The position numbers and the translations under genes are program-made. Below, in pieces: positions 29,136 through 38,185 of a stretch of 64,000 nucleotides of DNA. The notes under the pieces are model-generated. The model saw only the letters and a list, made by a program, of their open reading frames with translations, made no database searches and was not told where the DNA came from. The stretch lies in the NCBI GenBank assembly GCA_963693055.1, contig OY843751.1, positions 3,200,001-3,264,000 of the forward strand. The letters run 5' to 3'. The stretch is from a bacterium. GTDB lineage: Bacteria > Zhuqueibacterota > Zhuqueibacteria > Residuimicrobiales > Krinioviventaceae. Each line of letters begins with the position of its first letter. Position 1 is the first letter of the stretch.

Positions 29136-30506
29136 TTATTGGGAATTTTCTTCCCAAACCTGTTCGCCATAACTTTTTAATTTATTACGAAGTGTTTTAA
29201 CCGTTATACCCAAAGCGTGGGCTGCTTTTGTTTTATTATTACTAACCTTTTTAAGGGTCTTGAGAATCAAACGCCTTTCCGCTTCATAGATTGTCAAATC
29301 TTCATCAGCATTGAACAGATAATCAAAAAGATCACCATATTCATCAATAAATTCAAGGTCTTCGGCGGTAATTGTATTATCTTCTGCTATTACAGATACT
29401 TTTTCAATGGTATTTTGTAATTCACGAACATTTCCAGGCCAATCATATTCTGTCATTCTTTTCAAGGCATCTGAAGAGAAGGATTTTTCGAGGCCATGTT
29501 CGTCATTAACTCTATTAATAAAAAAGTCAACAAGCAATGGAATATCATCCTTGCGCTGTCTAAGAGACGGAACATTGATCTTTATAACATTTAATCTAAA
29601 ATACAAGTCTTTACGGAAACGACCCTCTTTAACTTCTTCACGCAGATCACGGTTTGTTGTTGCAATAACACGTGTATTAACTTTAATACTTTTAGCATCT
29701 CCCAAGCGTTCAAACTGTTTGGTTTGTAAAACACGTAACAATTTTGCTTGTAAGGTAAGCGGCATTTCACCAATTTCATCTAATAAAATGGTTCCGCCAT
29801 CCGCCTGCTCAAAGCGTCCCTTACGTCTCATATGTGCTCCTGTAAAAGCACCTTTCTCGTGACCAAACAATTCGCTTTCAATCAATGTTTCGGGTAGTGC
29901 TGCACAATTTACTTTAATATAAGGTTTATCTCTGCAAGTGCTAGCTTTATGAATAGCATCAGCAATTACCTCTTTACCAGCACCTGTTTCTCCTTCAATC
30001 AAAACACTGGCCTGGGTAGGAGCAACCCGACGAATCAAAGCCATAATATTCATCATGGTTTCAGATTTTCCAATTACCAGATCACTAAAGTCCTGGTTTG
30101 CAGGTTCTTGTTGTGCAGTAGCACGGGTTGCGGTATTTCTCTGTTTTAAAACACGACGGATGAGTTGCTGAATATCTTTTTTAGAATACGGTTTTGTAAG
30201 ATAATCAAATGCCCCTTTTCGCATGGCTTCAACAGCATTTTCTATTGAACCATAAGCAGTTCCAATTACAACATCAATTTCTGGTTTTACTTTTTTGATA
30301 TGTTCCAGTACTTTGATACCGCTTAATTCGGGGATTCGCAAATCCGTAAACACAATATCAAAATCTTTATCTTCTATTGCATTAATTGCTGCTTTTCCGT
30401 CACCTACACTGACTGTTGCACAATCAATATCTTTGATAACAACTTCTAAAAACTGTCTTACTGTAGGATCATCTTCAACAACAAGGACATTTGGGATTCC
30501 CTGCAT
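29136..30506 (-). CDS. sigma54-dependent response regulator (NtrC/FlgR/FleR-like flagellar activator)
   Basis: REC domain (EDD, TDLR, KPY), GETGAGKE, ESELFGHEKGAFTGA, WPGNVREL, Fis-type HTH. Confidence 0.93.
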   Translation of the reverse strand: MQGIPNVLVVEDDPTVRQFLEVVIKDIDCATVSVGDGKAAINAIEDKDFDIVFTDLRIPELSGIKVLEHIKKVKPEIDVVIGTAYGSIENAVEAMRKGAFDYLTKPYSKKDIQQLIRRVLKQRNTATRATAQQEPANQDFSDLVIGKSETMMNIMALIRRVAPTQASVLIEGETGAGKEVIADAIHKASTCRDKPYIKVNCAALPETLIESELFGHEKGAFTGAHMRRKGRFEQADGGTILLDEIGEMPLTLQAKLLRVLQTKQFERLGDAKSIKVNTRVIATTNRDLREEVKEGRFRKDLYFRLNVIKINVPSLRQRKDDIPLLVDFFINRVNDEHGLEKSFSSDALKRMTEYDWPGNVRELQNTIEKVSVIAEDNTITAEDLEFIDEYGDLFDYLFNADEDLTIYEAERRLILKTLKKVSNNKTKAAHALGITVKTLRNKLKSYGEQVWEENSQ

Positions 30507-31237
30507 TATTCTCTCCCAGGTAATTTAGGTATAATTATACTCACTTTTGTTCCAATTTTATCTTTACTTTCGATAGATATATCACCTTTATGTAACATAA
30601 TATAATTTCTTGAAATAACCAAACCTAAACCACGTCCATTATGTTTGGTAGTGAAAAATGGTGTAAAAAGTTTACCAAAGTTTTGTTTTTTTATGCCAGT
30701 ACCAGTATCTTGAATTACAAGTGCAATTGCTTCTCGATTTTCATGGTTAATAATTTCAGAAGTAATATAAATTAAACCATGATTTTTTACCGCATCAACC
30801 GCATTATCAAGTATATTTACTATTGTACTTTGCAATAAAATCAAATCAGCCCAAATATAAACATTATTATCTAAAAAATCTAATTTATAATCAATTTCTT
30901 TATCAATAAAATATTGCCGAACGACTTGTTCAACAAAAGATGCAAAATGCAATTTGATAAATGACGGATTAATGGGCCGCGTCAACAAATAAAGATCTTC
31001 AATAAAGCTATCAATTCGTTGAATACAAGTATCAATCGTCTCAACTTTGGCTTCATCTATATGATCTTTCAACTCCTCTTTCAGGATCGAAACAGTACCT
31101 GCAATACCTGCAAGCGGATTTCTTATCTCATCGGCTATTGAATCAGCCATTTGAGATAAAAAATTATAAAATGCCGGATTTAGATGATTCACCTGATCGG
31201 AAACAATGATATCATCAAAAGTCTCAATTTTTTTCAT
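30506..31237 (-). CDS. sensor-less histidine kinase-like protein (FlgS/FleS-like) with Asp at the H-box His position
   Basis: ADEIRNPLAG, LDNAVDA, DTGTGI, FTPFFTTK, GRGLGL; stop overlaps the regulator start. Confidence 0.88.
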   Translation of the reverse strand: MKKIETFDDIIVSDQVNHLNPAFYNFLSQMADSIADEIRNPLAGIAGTVSILKEELKDHIDEAKVETIDTCIQRIDSFIEDLYLLTRPINPSFIKLHFASFVEQVVRQYFIDKEIDYKLDFLDNNVYIWADLILLQSTIVNILDNAVDAVKNHGLIYITSEIINHENREAIALVIQDTGTGIKKQNFGKLFTPFFTTKHNGRGLGLVISRNYIMLHKGDISIESKDKIGTKVSIIIPKLPGRE

Positions 31238-31263
31238 AAATAATAGTCAGTCAATGTGTAAAT

Positions 31264-31590
31264 TTATTTATCAATAACCAATGATTGGGTGTCATCGTGG
31301 TAATCCAAATCAATATTAATGACTTGGCCACATACACAGGTTACTTTGATAGCAGAAATAGAGTCTCCATCCTTTACCAGTTCAATTTCTGGTTGAACAT
31401 CTCCATGCGACATGTGGTTTCCTTGAAATGTCGTTATCGGTGGAGTATTACCATTCTTATTATTACTGGCAGGAATTTCTTCCTTTTTCACAATTTTGTT
31501 TCCACTTTTGGAAAAATCATTTCCATTGGAATTTTGATTTAACCAATCCGTTAAATCCTGAAAAGAGACTTTGTCATTCTGTTTCTTCAA
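31264..31590 (-). CDS. hypothetical protein with C-terminal CxC motif
   Basis: 108-aa ORF (TTG start), IKVTCVCGQVINIDL; first gene of the kinase/regulator operon. Confidence 0.65.
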   Translation of the reverse strand: MKKQNDKVSFQDLTDWLNQNSNGNDFSKSGNKIVKKEEIPASNNKNGNTPPITTFQGNHMSHGDVQPEIELVKDGDSISAIKVTCVCGQVINIDLDYHDDTQSLVIDK

Positions 31591-31629
31591 AGCTAACCTT
31601 GTACTTTAGACAGTCCACTAGACTCTTTC

Positions 31630-31645
31630 ACCAAAGAATGTGCCA
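31630..31645 (-). promoter_or_regulatory. sigma54-like promoter for the orf-kinase-regulator operon
   Basis: TGGCAC-ATTCT-TTGGT about 40 bp upstream of the start. Confidence 0.55.
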
Positions 31646-31678
31646 AAAAAAATGCCGCGCTGGCAAATAGAACGCGGC
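31645..31678 (-). terminator. intrinsic terminator abutting the sigma54 site
   Basis: GCCGCG/CGCGGC stem followed by A and 8 T on the minus strand. Confidence 0.65.
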
Positions 31679-31759
31679 GTATAAGAAGGCCATCTTGATA
31701 TTGTGTTGGATTAAGCCAGCCAGTAAAAAATTCAACACATAAACTATTATTTACATTAC

Positions 31760-31788
31760 AATATAGTCTATTTTAGTTTTATTTGCAA
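31760..31788 (-). promoter_or_regulatory. sigma70-like promoter
   Basis: TTGCAA-N17-TATATT; the -35 lies within an 18-bp perfect palindrome TTTTATTTGCAAATAAAA (31777-31794). Confidence 0.5.
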
Positions 31789-31892
31789 ATAAAAACATAA
31801 TTTTTAATTTGATGAATATTATTTTAATTCAACAAATTTTATTTCACTAGAGTTACCGGGTATATTTTACCCATTCCTATACAAAACGAATT

Positions 31893-33155
31893 TTACAGTA
31901 ATGTAACAGGTTTGTGTTTTGCTAGAAAATCGGGATCAATAGTAATACCTAATCCCGGGCCTGTGGGTACTGTAACTTTTCCATTTTCACTTTTTAGTGA
32001 AGAGGTATTGCATTCAAAACGTATATTCTCACTTATTCCTTTGAACTCGTGAAAATCACCCGCATTTTTAAGAGTAGAAACAAAATGCACCATATACAAA
32101 TATCCCAAACCAGAACCTGAAATGTGAGGCACACATTTTTTCCCAACTAATTCTGCCATTCGGGCTACACGTGTACATCGAATCATTCCTCCAAAATAAA
32201 ACAAATCCGGTTGTACAATATCCAATGCATTATTAGCAATAAGCCATCTAAAACGATGCATACTGGTTTCCTGCTCTCCTCCGGACACAGGTATAGTCAA
32301 CGCGTCTTTGATCATCTTGGTTTCTTCCAGCCAATCAAACGGACAAGGTTCTTCATAAAAACTGTAATTGTATTTTTCCAGCAAATGACCAATTTCAATT
32401 CCCTTGTCAACAGTATATGATCCATTAGAATCCGCATACAGAATCATATCATCACCAAATGTTTCACGCACCAGTGGAATCAATTTAACTGTACGATCAG
32501 GAGGATAATCTTGATTGTTACTCATGCGGCCACCAATTTTAACTTTTAAAGCCTTGGTTTGGCTTTTTTCAACATTTTCTTTAATTGTTTCGATTGATTT
32601 TTCAGCAGATTCTCCGCGATAGTTATTGGCACGATAAACATTAATACTATCCTGATATCGCGTACCAATTAATTCAGTCACGGATTTATTTGAAATATTT
32701 CCAAGCATGTCCAGAATTGCAAATTCCATAGATGCCAGCGATATCCATAAAGCTAGCCCCTGCAGTTTATAATTACTATTAGCAATGTAGACTTTGTGCA
32801 ACAATGCTTCCAACTCTCTTGCATCTTGTTCCAGGAACAGAGGTTTAATTTTAATCAAAAATAATGGATATAAATATCGCATATGCGCATTATTACAAAC
32901 AGCATGCCCTTCTGCCCCATCTTTAGAACGGACCTGTACAATAAAATTCTCATTATAATGTAGTAAAGATACAGACTCAATTATGACCGGTGATGTAAAC
33001 AATTCCTTGTTAAACACAGGTTGCTTTAATATTTCATCAAATTCAGAATAATCAACAGATTTTGATTGTGGTGCAGCACAACCAGTAGTTCCCAAAGAAA
33101 TTGCAGCGCATCCGGTACCCAGTGTCTTGAAAAAAGTTCTTCTTTCTTGTTCCAT
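31893..33155 (-). CDS. mandelate racemase/muconate lactonizing enzyme family protein with Tat signal
   Basis: ERRTFFK signal; KVKIG, ADSN, YEEP, GGEQ, PH motifs; ATG 33155 has RBS GGAGGT. Confidence 0.88.
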   Translation of the reverse strand: MEQERRTFFKTLGTGCAAISLGTTGCAAPQSKSVDYSEFDEILKQPVFNKELFTSPVIIESVSLLHYNENFIVQVRSKDGAEGHAVCNNAHMRYLYPLFLIKIKPLFLEQDARELEALLHKVYIANSNYKLQGLALWISLASMEFAILDMLGNISNKSVTELIGTRYQDSINVYRANNYRGESAEKSIETIKENVEKSQTKALKVKIGGRMSNNQDYPPDRTVKLIPLVRETFGDDMILYADSNGSYTVDKGIEIGHLLEKYNYSFYEEPCPFDWLEETKMIKDALTIPVSGGEQETSMHRFRWLIANNALDIVQPDLFYFGGMIRCTRVARMAELVGKKCVPHISGSGLGYLYMVHFVSTLKNAGDFHEFKGISENIRFECNTSSLKSENGKVTVPTGPGLGITIDPDFLAKHKPVTLL

Positions 33156-33175
33156 TATAAACCTCCAAATGGACA

Positions 33176-34189
33176 TTATTTGACAGATAATCTGAACAAT
33201 CGTATTTCATGAGAATGGTTTTTACGGGCAGCTTCGGCATATACCCACAATTCGTTATTAACCCACATCCAATGAGAATAACGCAAAGTATAAAATTTAT
33301 TCGCTGTTGTGCTCATTACCAGGGGTGAATCAATAGTTAAATCCTGAATATTATTCAAGTCAAAAGTAAAACCTAATCCTGTAACAACATTATAAACCGG
33401 GTCATACCAGGTTGAATTTGAACCTTCATATATAAAAAGATAACCTACTCCCAAGGGGAGTACACTAGCCGGGCGGATAAAAAAGTCGTGCCAACCTGTA
33501 AGCTTTAATACCGGATTGTTAGGATGCCCAATAGGCGACCAGCTTTCACCATCCTTACTGGTATAATGATAAATGCGTTCCAATCTGCGTAAATACCCAA
33601 TGACATAACAATGGTACATGCCATCAGCAAAAATTATTACCGGATCTTTATAGCCGTCTATAGTGATATCACGTTCCCAAGTTTTTTCAGGAGGAGAAAT
33701 AACAGCACGGGCTGTTGATGGAATAAATTGCGTGGGATCTTTAGCATCATCAAATTTAATAATCGACCAGATTCCATCTTTGAATGCACCACAAGCATAC
33801 AATTTAAACATTCCGGTTTCAGGATCAATTAATAGTGCAGGTCTCTCAAATCCGGGAATAGGTACATCCGTTCGAAGAATACTTTTTTCTTTTTTAAAAT
33901 GAATTCCGTCTTTACTACTCAAAATACGTAATTCATACCCCCTGTTACCTCTTGGTGCTTCAGGAGATCGCATTCTACATGCCATCCAGAATGTTCCATC
34001 TTTATCAATAACAACAGAAGGAGCTCCTGCCCACCATTCAGCGGCATTTTTATCCGGCTCCAGTACAACATCGTACTGATTAAAACGGTCGGAAATATTT
34101 TGAAAATCAGATGTAATTTGAGGGATTGAATTTTGAGCTAAAGCATAACAAGCAGAAATTAACGTCAATACTATTGTGAGTACTTTCAT
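33176..34189 (-). CDS. secreted 5-bladed beta-propeller glycosidase-like protein (GH32/43/130-like fold)
   Basis: Signal peptide; WAGAPSV, FERPAL, YKDPVI, SKDG..W Asp-box-like motifs. Confidence 0.6.
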   Translation of the reverse strand: MKVLTIVLTLISACYALAQNSIPQITSDFQNISDRFNQYDVVLEPDKNAAEWWAGAPSVVIDKDGTFWMACRMRSPEAPRGNRGYELRILSSKDGIHFKKEKSILRTDVPIPGFERPALLIDPETGMFKLYACGAFKDGIWSIIKFDDAKDPTQFIPSTARAVISPPEKTWERDITIDGYKDPVIIFADGMYHCYVIGYLRRLERIYHYTSKDGESWSPIGHPNNPVLKLTGWHDFFIRPASVLPLGVGYLFIYEGSNSTWYDPVYNVVTGLGFTFDLNNIQDLTIDSPLVMSTTANKFYTLRYSHWMWVNNELWVYAEAARKNHSHEIRLFRLSVK

Positions 34190-34215
34190 TTAAAGCCTCT
34201 CATATTAAGTAAAAT

Positions 34216-35061
34216 TTAAAATTCATGCCATTTTAAATTGGGTTGCACACCCCCAACAATTTGTTTACTGTCCTGTTTATTTTCATCAGTTAAAAAAAAT
34301 TGATCAACCGGTAAACGATCACGGTAACTGCTCAACTCCTGTATTTCCATATTATATGCATTTTCAACTGCCTCAGAAAATGGAATTCCAGTAATCCATT
34401 CTTGTATATAAAACACCGGTGAGAATAAAGCAAAACTGTTAATTGATACAGCTCCATTCACAGCTTGAATCCCATATTCTTGCCAGTCGTCAACCATACC
34501 GGAACCATTACAGCAGGTTTGATATAATGAACGAATTTGAATATCCCTGTCATTTAAATCTTGAATGAATTTATCAATAAGGCAAAAATTTGAATAGAAT
34601 GAAACACCATTACTACCGCCATGCAGATTAAAAATCATATCGATAGAATATCCCTGCTCTGATAACAATGACAATGAATCGATTAAAACGGAATACATAG
34701 CCATTTCATCAGTCAGTGAAATAAATTTATCATAATATTCGGATGAAATGTTTTGAATCTCTTTTATCTGCCATGCTTCACCATAAACATCAATAATTTG
34801 GTTTAATGTCATGTTTTTCATTGAATCCTTGGGAACAGTAAAAAAATCTGAAAACACAGGTAAAATTGAATTTTTAAAAATTTGAAATGCGGTTTCAATG
34901 CTTTGTCCCCCTACTGAATTGTTATTTTCAATAACACAAACCAATGCCTTGGGAGATTCCAAATTACCGAGTTCATTTTCAGGTTCGTTGGGATTTTTTT
35001 GACAAGCAAGTAATAGTACAAGAATAAAAGTAAAAATGCCAAGTAAGATATTACGCATCAT
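34216..35061 (-). CDS. hypothetical lipoprotein, possible clan CD peptidase-like fold
   Basis: LLLAC lipobox; NLHGG and YQTCC. Confidence 0.6.
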   Translation of the reverse strand: MMRNILLGIFTFILVLLLACQKNPNEPENELGNLESPKALVCVIENNNSVGGQSIETAFQIFKNSILPVFSDFFTVPKDSMKNMTLNQIIDVYGEAWQIKEIQNISSEYYDKFISLTDEMAMYSVLIDSLSLLSEQGYSIDMIFNLHGGSNGVSFYSNFCLIDKFIQDLNDRDIQIRSLYQTCCNGSGMVDDWQEYGIQAVNGAVSINSFALFSPVFYIQEWITGIPFSEAVENAYNMEIQELSSYRDRLPVDQFFLTDENKQDSKQIVGGVQPNLKWHEF

Positions 35062-35073
35062 TGATCCTGGTAT

Positions 35074-35727
35074 CTATTTAATCGTGGCTGTGGATGAAAA
35101 AAATAAACGTGAAAGCTTTTTCATTTTATGATTAATATTTAAATTATATTTTTTAAACACAGATTCAAGGAATGGTATAGTAATATTATTAGAACCAATT
35201 TCCCAAAAATGATGATCAGTAGACAGTTTCTTTTTAGGCAAAGAGAGTTTTAATTCACGATTACCTAACTTGGGAATACGGGCTTCTAATCTAAATAATA
35301 CATATTCAGAAATAGGCACGCTGCAAAAAAATGAACCCTTACAAATTTGATTAAATAATGCAAGAAACTTTTCAAATTCAGTGAATGGAATATGTTCAAA
35401 AACTTCAAAAGCTAAAATATGGTCAAATGTATAACCACTCCAGTCAAATGTTACTACATTTGCAACAATATCAGGATTTTTATCTTTATCAATATCAATT
35501 GTTGTTACCTTAACCCCCTTTGATCTAAGATAATTTGCAGTAAAACCACTTCCAACCCCTATTTCTAATATATGTTGTCCTGCATTGATATGGTTTTGCA
35601 TCAACTTTTGCTGCTGCCAGTACAATCGCCAATGGTTTTCAGTTTCCAGACTATGAATCCAATCAGATGAGTAGCGGTATACTATATCGCCTACGGTATC
35701 AGTCTTTTCAGTATCAGAATTTCGCAT
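35074..35727 (-). CDS. class I SAM-dependent methyltransferase
   Basis: ILEIGVGSG, TIDID, FDHILAFEVFEH. Confidence 0.88.
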   Translation of the reverse strand: MRNSDTEKTDTVGDIVYRYSSDWIHSLETENHWRLYWQQQKLMQNHINAGQHILEIGVGSGFTANYLRSKGVKVTTIDIDKDKNPDIVANVVTFDWSGYTFDHILAFEVFEHIPFTEFEKFLALFNQICKGSFFCSVPISEYVLFRLEARIPKLGNRELKLSLPKKKLSTDHHFWEIGSNNITIPFLESVFKKYNLNINHKMKKLSRLFFSSTATIK

Positions 35728-35806
35728 AATTTATCAGTCCTTGATTAAATTACAGTATAACCATACTAGATAAATAAATCAAGAACAATAAATGTGCTTA
35801 TGGAGA

Positions 35807-35834
35807 GAAAAAAAGGCGGTTTAAAAACCGCCTT
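35807..35834 (-). terminator. intrinsic terminator after the DoxX gene
   Basis: AAGGCGGTTT/AAACCGCCTT stem with T tract on the minus strand. Confidence 0.8.
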
Positions 35835-35841
35835 AAAGAAA

Positions 35842-36207
35842 TTAACTTTCACTTTTTCCAGAGAAAAATAAAGCAGCCCCAGCCAATGCAAGATCCTTTA
35901 GGAAACTTGGCATAGACATTTGCATTGTTTCCGGATTCAATACACCTGGGAAATGTACGAGAAACGCAAACAGAGCTAGCATAATGCCGAGTAACAAGGC
36001 AGCAAGCTTATCATATTTTTTTGCTATAATACTTATAGCCGCTGCAATTAAAGCTAACCCTGTAAAATATACCCAAAATACCTTAAAAGGCAAAAATGCA
36101 GGTACAATACCACTCATAGCACTACCATTCATTAAATGCAATAAACCAAATACAGCTAATGGTACAGCATATATTAATCGAGCTACAATTCCAGTTACGA
36201 ATTTCAT
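35842..36207 (-). CDS. DoxX-family membrane protein
   Basis: 4 TM helices; FGLLH, FWVYFTG, LVH, KDLALAGAA. Confidence 0.88.
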   Translation of the reverse strand: MKFVTGIVARLIYAVPLAVFGLLHLMNGSAMSGIVPAFLPFKVFWVYFTGLALIAAAISIIAKKYDKLAALLLGIMLALFAFLVHFPGVLNPETMQMSMPSFLKDLALAGAALFFSGKSES

Positions 36208-36228
36208 GATGTTCTCCTTTATTAAATA

Positions 36229-36681
36229 TTAATCCCTCAAGCTATCTAAAAGCTTATTCATTGTTTTAGCTTCGCTTTCAGAGATGTTTTGAATTTTACT
36301 TTCCCAATTTATTGCAACGTTATCCAATTCAGCTAACAGATCCATTCCTTTATCTGTGATATATACATCAACAGCTCTACGATTATCATCACAAATTTCA
36401 CGTTTTACTAGTCCTTTAATTCTCAAACGTTCTACAATTCTTGAAGCGTCAGACATTTTGTCCAGCATTCTTTCCCGTATCAATTTTACAGTTACTGGAT
36501 CAGGATGCTGCCCTCTTAGAATCCTCAAAACATTATATTGTTTTGGAGTAAGTCCATAGGGTTTTAATCCTTCAACTGTTAGTTCAACAATCCAATTACT
36601 TGTGTACATGATGTTGATCAATAATTTCTGATACTCGGTTCTAAATACCGGTTGACTGATTTCGTTTTCAATTTTAACCAT
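36229..36681 (-). CDS. MarR-family transcriptional regulator
   Basis: LTPKQYNVLRILRG, SDASRIVERL, DNRRAVDVYITDKG. Confidence 0.93.
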   Translation of the reverse strand: MVKIENEISQPVFRTEYQKLLINIMYTSNWIVELTVEGLKPYGLTPKQYNVLRILRGQHPDPVTVKLIRERMLDKMSDASRIVERLRIKGLVKREICDDNRRAVDVYITDKGMDLLAELDNVAINWESKIQNISESEAKTMNKLLDSLRD

Positions 36682-36714
36682 TTATAACTCCCTCATTTTA
36701 GCCGATACAACAAC

Positions 36715-36730
36715 TAATGTTTAAACATTA
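36715..36730. promoter_or_regulatory. candidate MarR operator
   Basis: Perfect 16-bp palindrome TAATGTTTAAACATTA about 35 bp upstream of the marR-family start. Confidence 0.65.
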
Positions 36731-36762
36731 TTCCTTAAATATAATTATTTTTAGCTATATGA

Positions 36763-36800
36763 AAAAAGATCCTGTCATTGTTTAATAACAGGATCTTTTT
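36763..36800. terminator. terminator after the 36811-37938 gene
   Basis: AAAAAGATCCTGT/ACAGGATCTTTTT inverted repeat. Confidence 0.75.
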
Positions 36801-36810
36801 CCTATAGGCA

Positions 36811-37938
36811 TTATTTAATGAATGTCATTTTCTTAACCTTTTTAAAAGCAGTACCCTTTTGATCTTTTGCTTCAAATTGCAGAAAATATAACCCTGATGT
36901 TTGTTTATTTCCGTATAAATCATCACCATACCATGACCAACTGTACTGACCTTCTTGTTGAGTCATAAAATTGAATTGTGTTACCAATTGTCCAAGTTGG
37001 TTAAAAATAGTTATCGTAACATCAGATTGATCGGGTATTGAATATTGGATAACTGTTGAGGGATTAAAGGGATTTGGGTAATTGTCTGACAACTGATAAC
37101 GATCAATATCCTTAATATTATTTCTAACTAGCGTATTAACCTCTACATCCCGGGTTAAAACACCATATTCTTTTGCATTAAATGCTCCGGTCATATGATA
37201 AAATACAATAAATTGATCTAGTCCATAGTTTCCCATCACTTCTGCAGTGATACCAATAGACTCATAAGCTATTGTGCCATTAATTTCTCCATTTGAAACG
37301 ATAACACTCCCCTGCCAGGGATCTGATGCGGCAAATACTACCGAATCCCCTGCATCATTCACACTACCGGTAAGCGTATAACTTACCGGATTCGGATCAC
37401 CAAATATGCCCCAGGCTGTGAGTGTTAAATTTGCAGTTTTATTATTATCCTGCATTTCAACTAGAGCGGTTGCAGAACCATCCACTTCATAAGTAGTATT
37501 ATCCCAAACTCCTTCCCACTCGTCAACAAGATCTAACAACTGTACTACATCAGGGAATTCAATTTCAGTAAAATTTGTATTATGAATAAAATCCAATTGT
37601 ACATCATCCTGAATATTGGTAATCATCATTTCCCAGGCATGGTCGACAGGTGGCAAATCATATGACTTGTTATTATTAAAATCAGCATAAAAACTGATTT
37701 TATAATCATGTGATTGTAATAGTACCCAAAGATCAATCTTAAATTCAGCCCCTGGAATAGCATGCAGTGTTTTTCTTCCAACTTCCAGGCCATTATCCAG
37801 ATCTACAACTCGTAACTGCAGCATCTGCCCGATATGTGGGGACATTGAACTGAAACTAACTGTTAATTTATAATTTGCAAAAGACACAGATGAAAAAAAT
37901 AAAAGCAAATATACAACCAAGTTTTTAATATTAATCAT
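36811..37938 (-). CDS. secreted protein with T9SS type A/FlgD-Ig-like C-terminal sorting domain
   Basis: Signal peptide; C-terminal NYPNPFNPST...SGLYF...KKMTFIK. Confidence 0.85.
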   Translation of the reverse strand: MINIKNLVVYLLLFFSSVSFANYKLTVSFSSMSPHIGQMLQLRVVDLDNGLEVGRKTLHAIPGAEFKIDLWVLLQSHDYKISFYADFNNNKSYDLPPVDHAWEMMITNIQDDVQLDFIHNTNFTEIEFPDVVQLLDLVDEWEGVWDNTTYEVDGSATALVEMQDNNKTANLTLTAWGIFGDPNPVSYTLTGSVNDAGDSVVFAASDPWQGSVIVSNGEINGTIAYESIGITAEVMGNYGLDQFIVFYHMTGAFNAKEYGVLTRDVEVNTLVRNNIKDIDRYQLSDNYPNPFNPSTVIQYSIPDQSDVTITIFNQLGQLVTQFNFMTQQEGQYSWSWYGDDLYGNKQTSGLYFLQFEAKDQKGTAFKKVKKMTFIK

Positions 37939-38185
37939 TTCTATCTCCTAATGAATTCAATTCATATAACAATTAAAAACAGAGCATAAAAATGTATTAT
38001 TCCTCAAGATGGATGTTGCAACATATATTTTACTAAATAAACATTGTGAATATAATTCATTCTACATATATTATCTTGTCCATTTAATACCAGAAATATG
38101 AATTTAATAATTAGTTAACACTTGCTACATGCAATAATTATTTAATTTTCATAAATTATGAAAAAAGTTAATAAAAGGAGTATGT

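Noticed and set aside
1-31590. Absence of flagellin, flgKL, fliD, flgFGAHI and cheA/W as evidence for a filament-less system
   Set aside because: The window is truncated at cheY and these genes commonly lie in separate clusters
31645-31760. c-di-GMP-I/II riboswitch upstream of the flagellar regulators
   Set aside because: Could not find the class I GGCAAAC/GNRA tetraloop-receptor pattern or a class II kink-turn by eye; kept only as an unclassified candidate RNA
36811-37100. FlgD-Ig-like C-terminal domain as a flagellar component
   Set aside because: It is the generic NYPNPFNP sorting domain also found on the pectin enzymes
38013-38024. Palindrome ATGTTGCAACAT in the divergent intergenic region
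   Set aside because: A single 12-bp palindrome with no second copy or identifiable regulator; too weak to call
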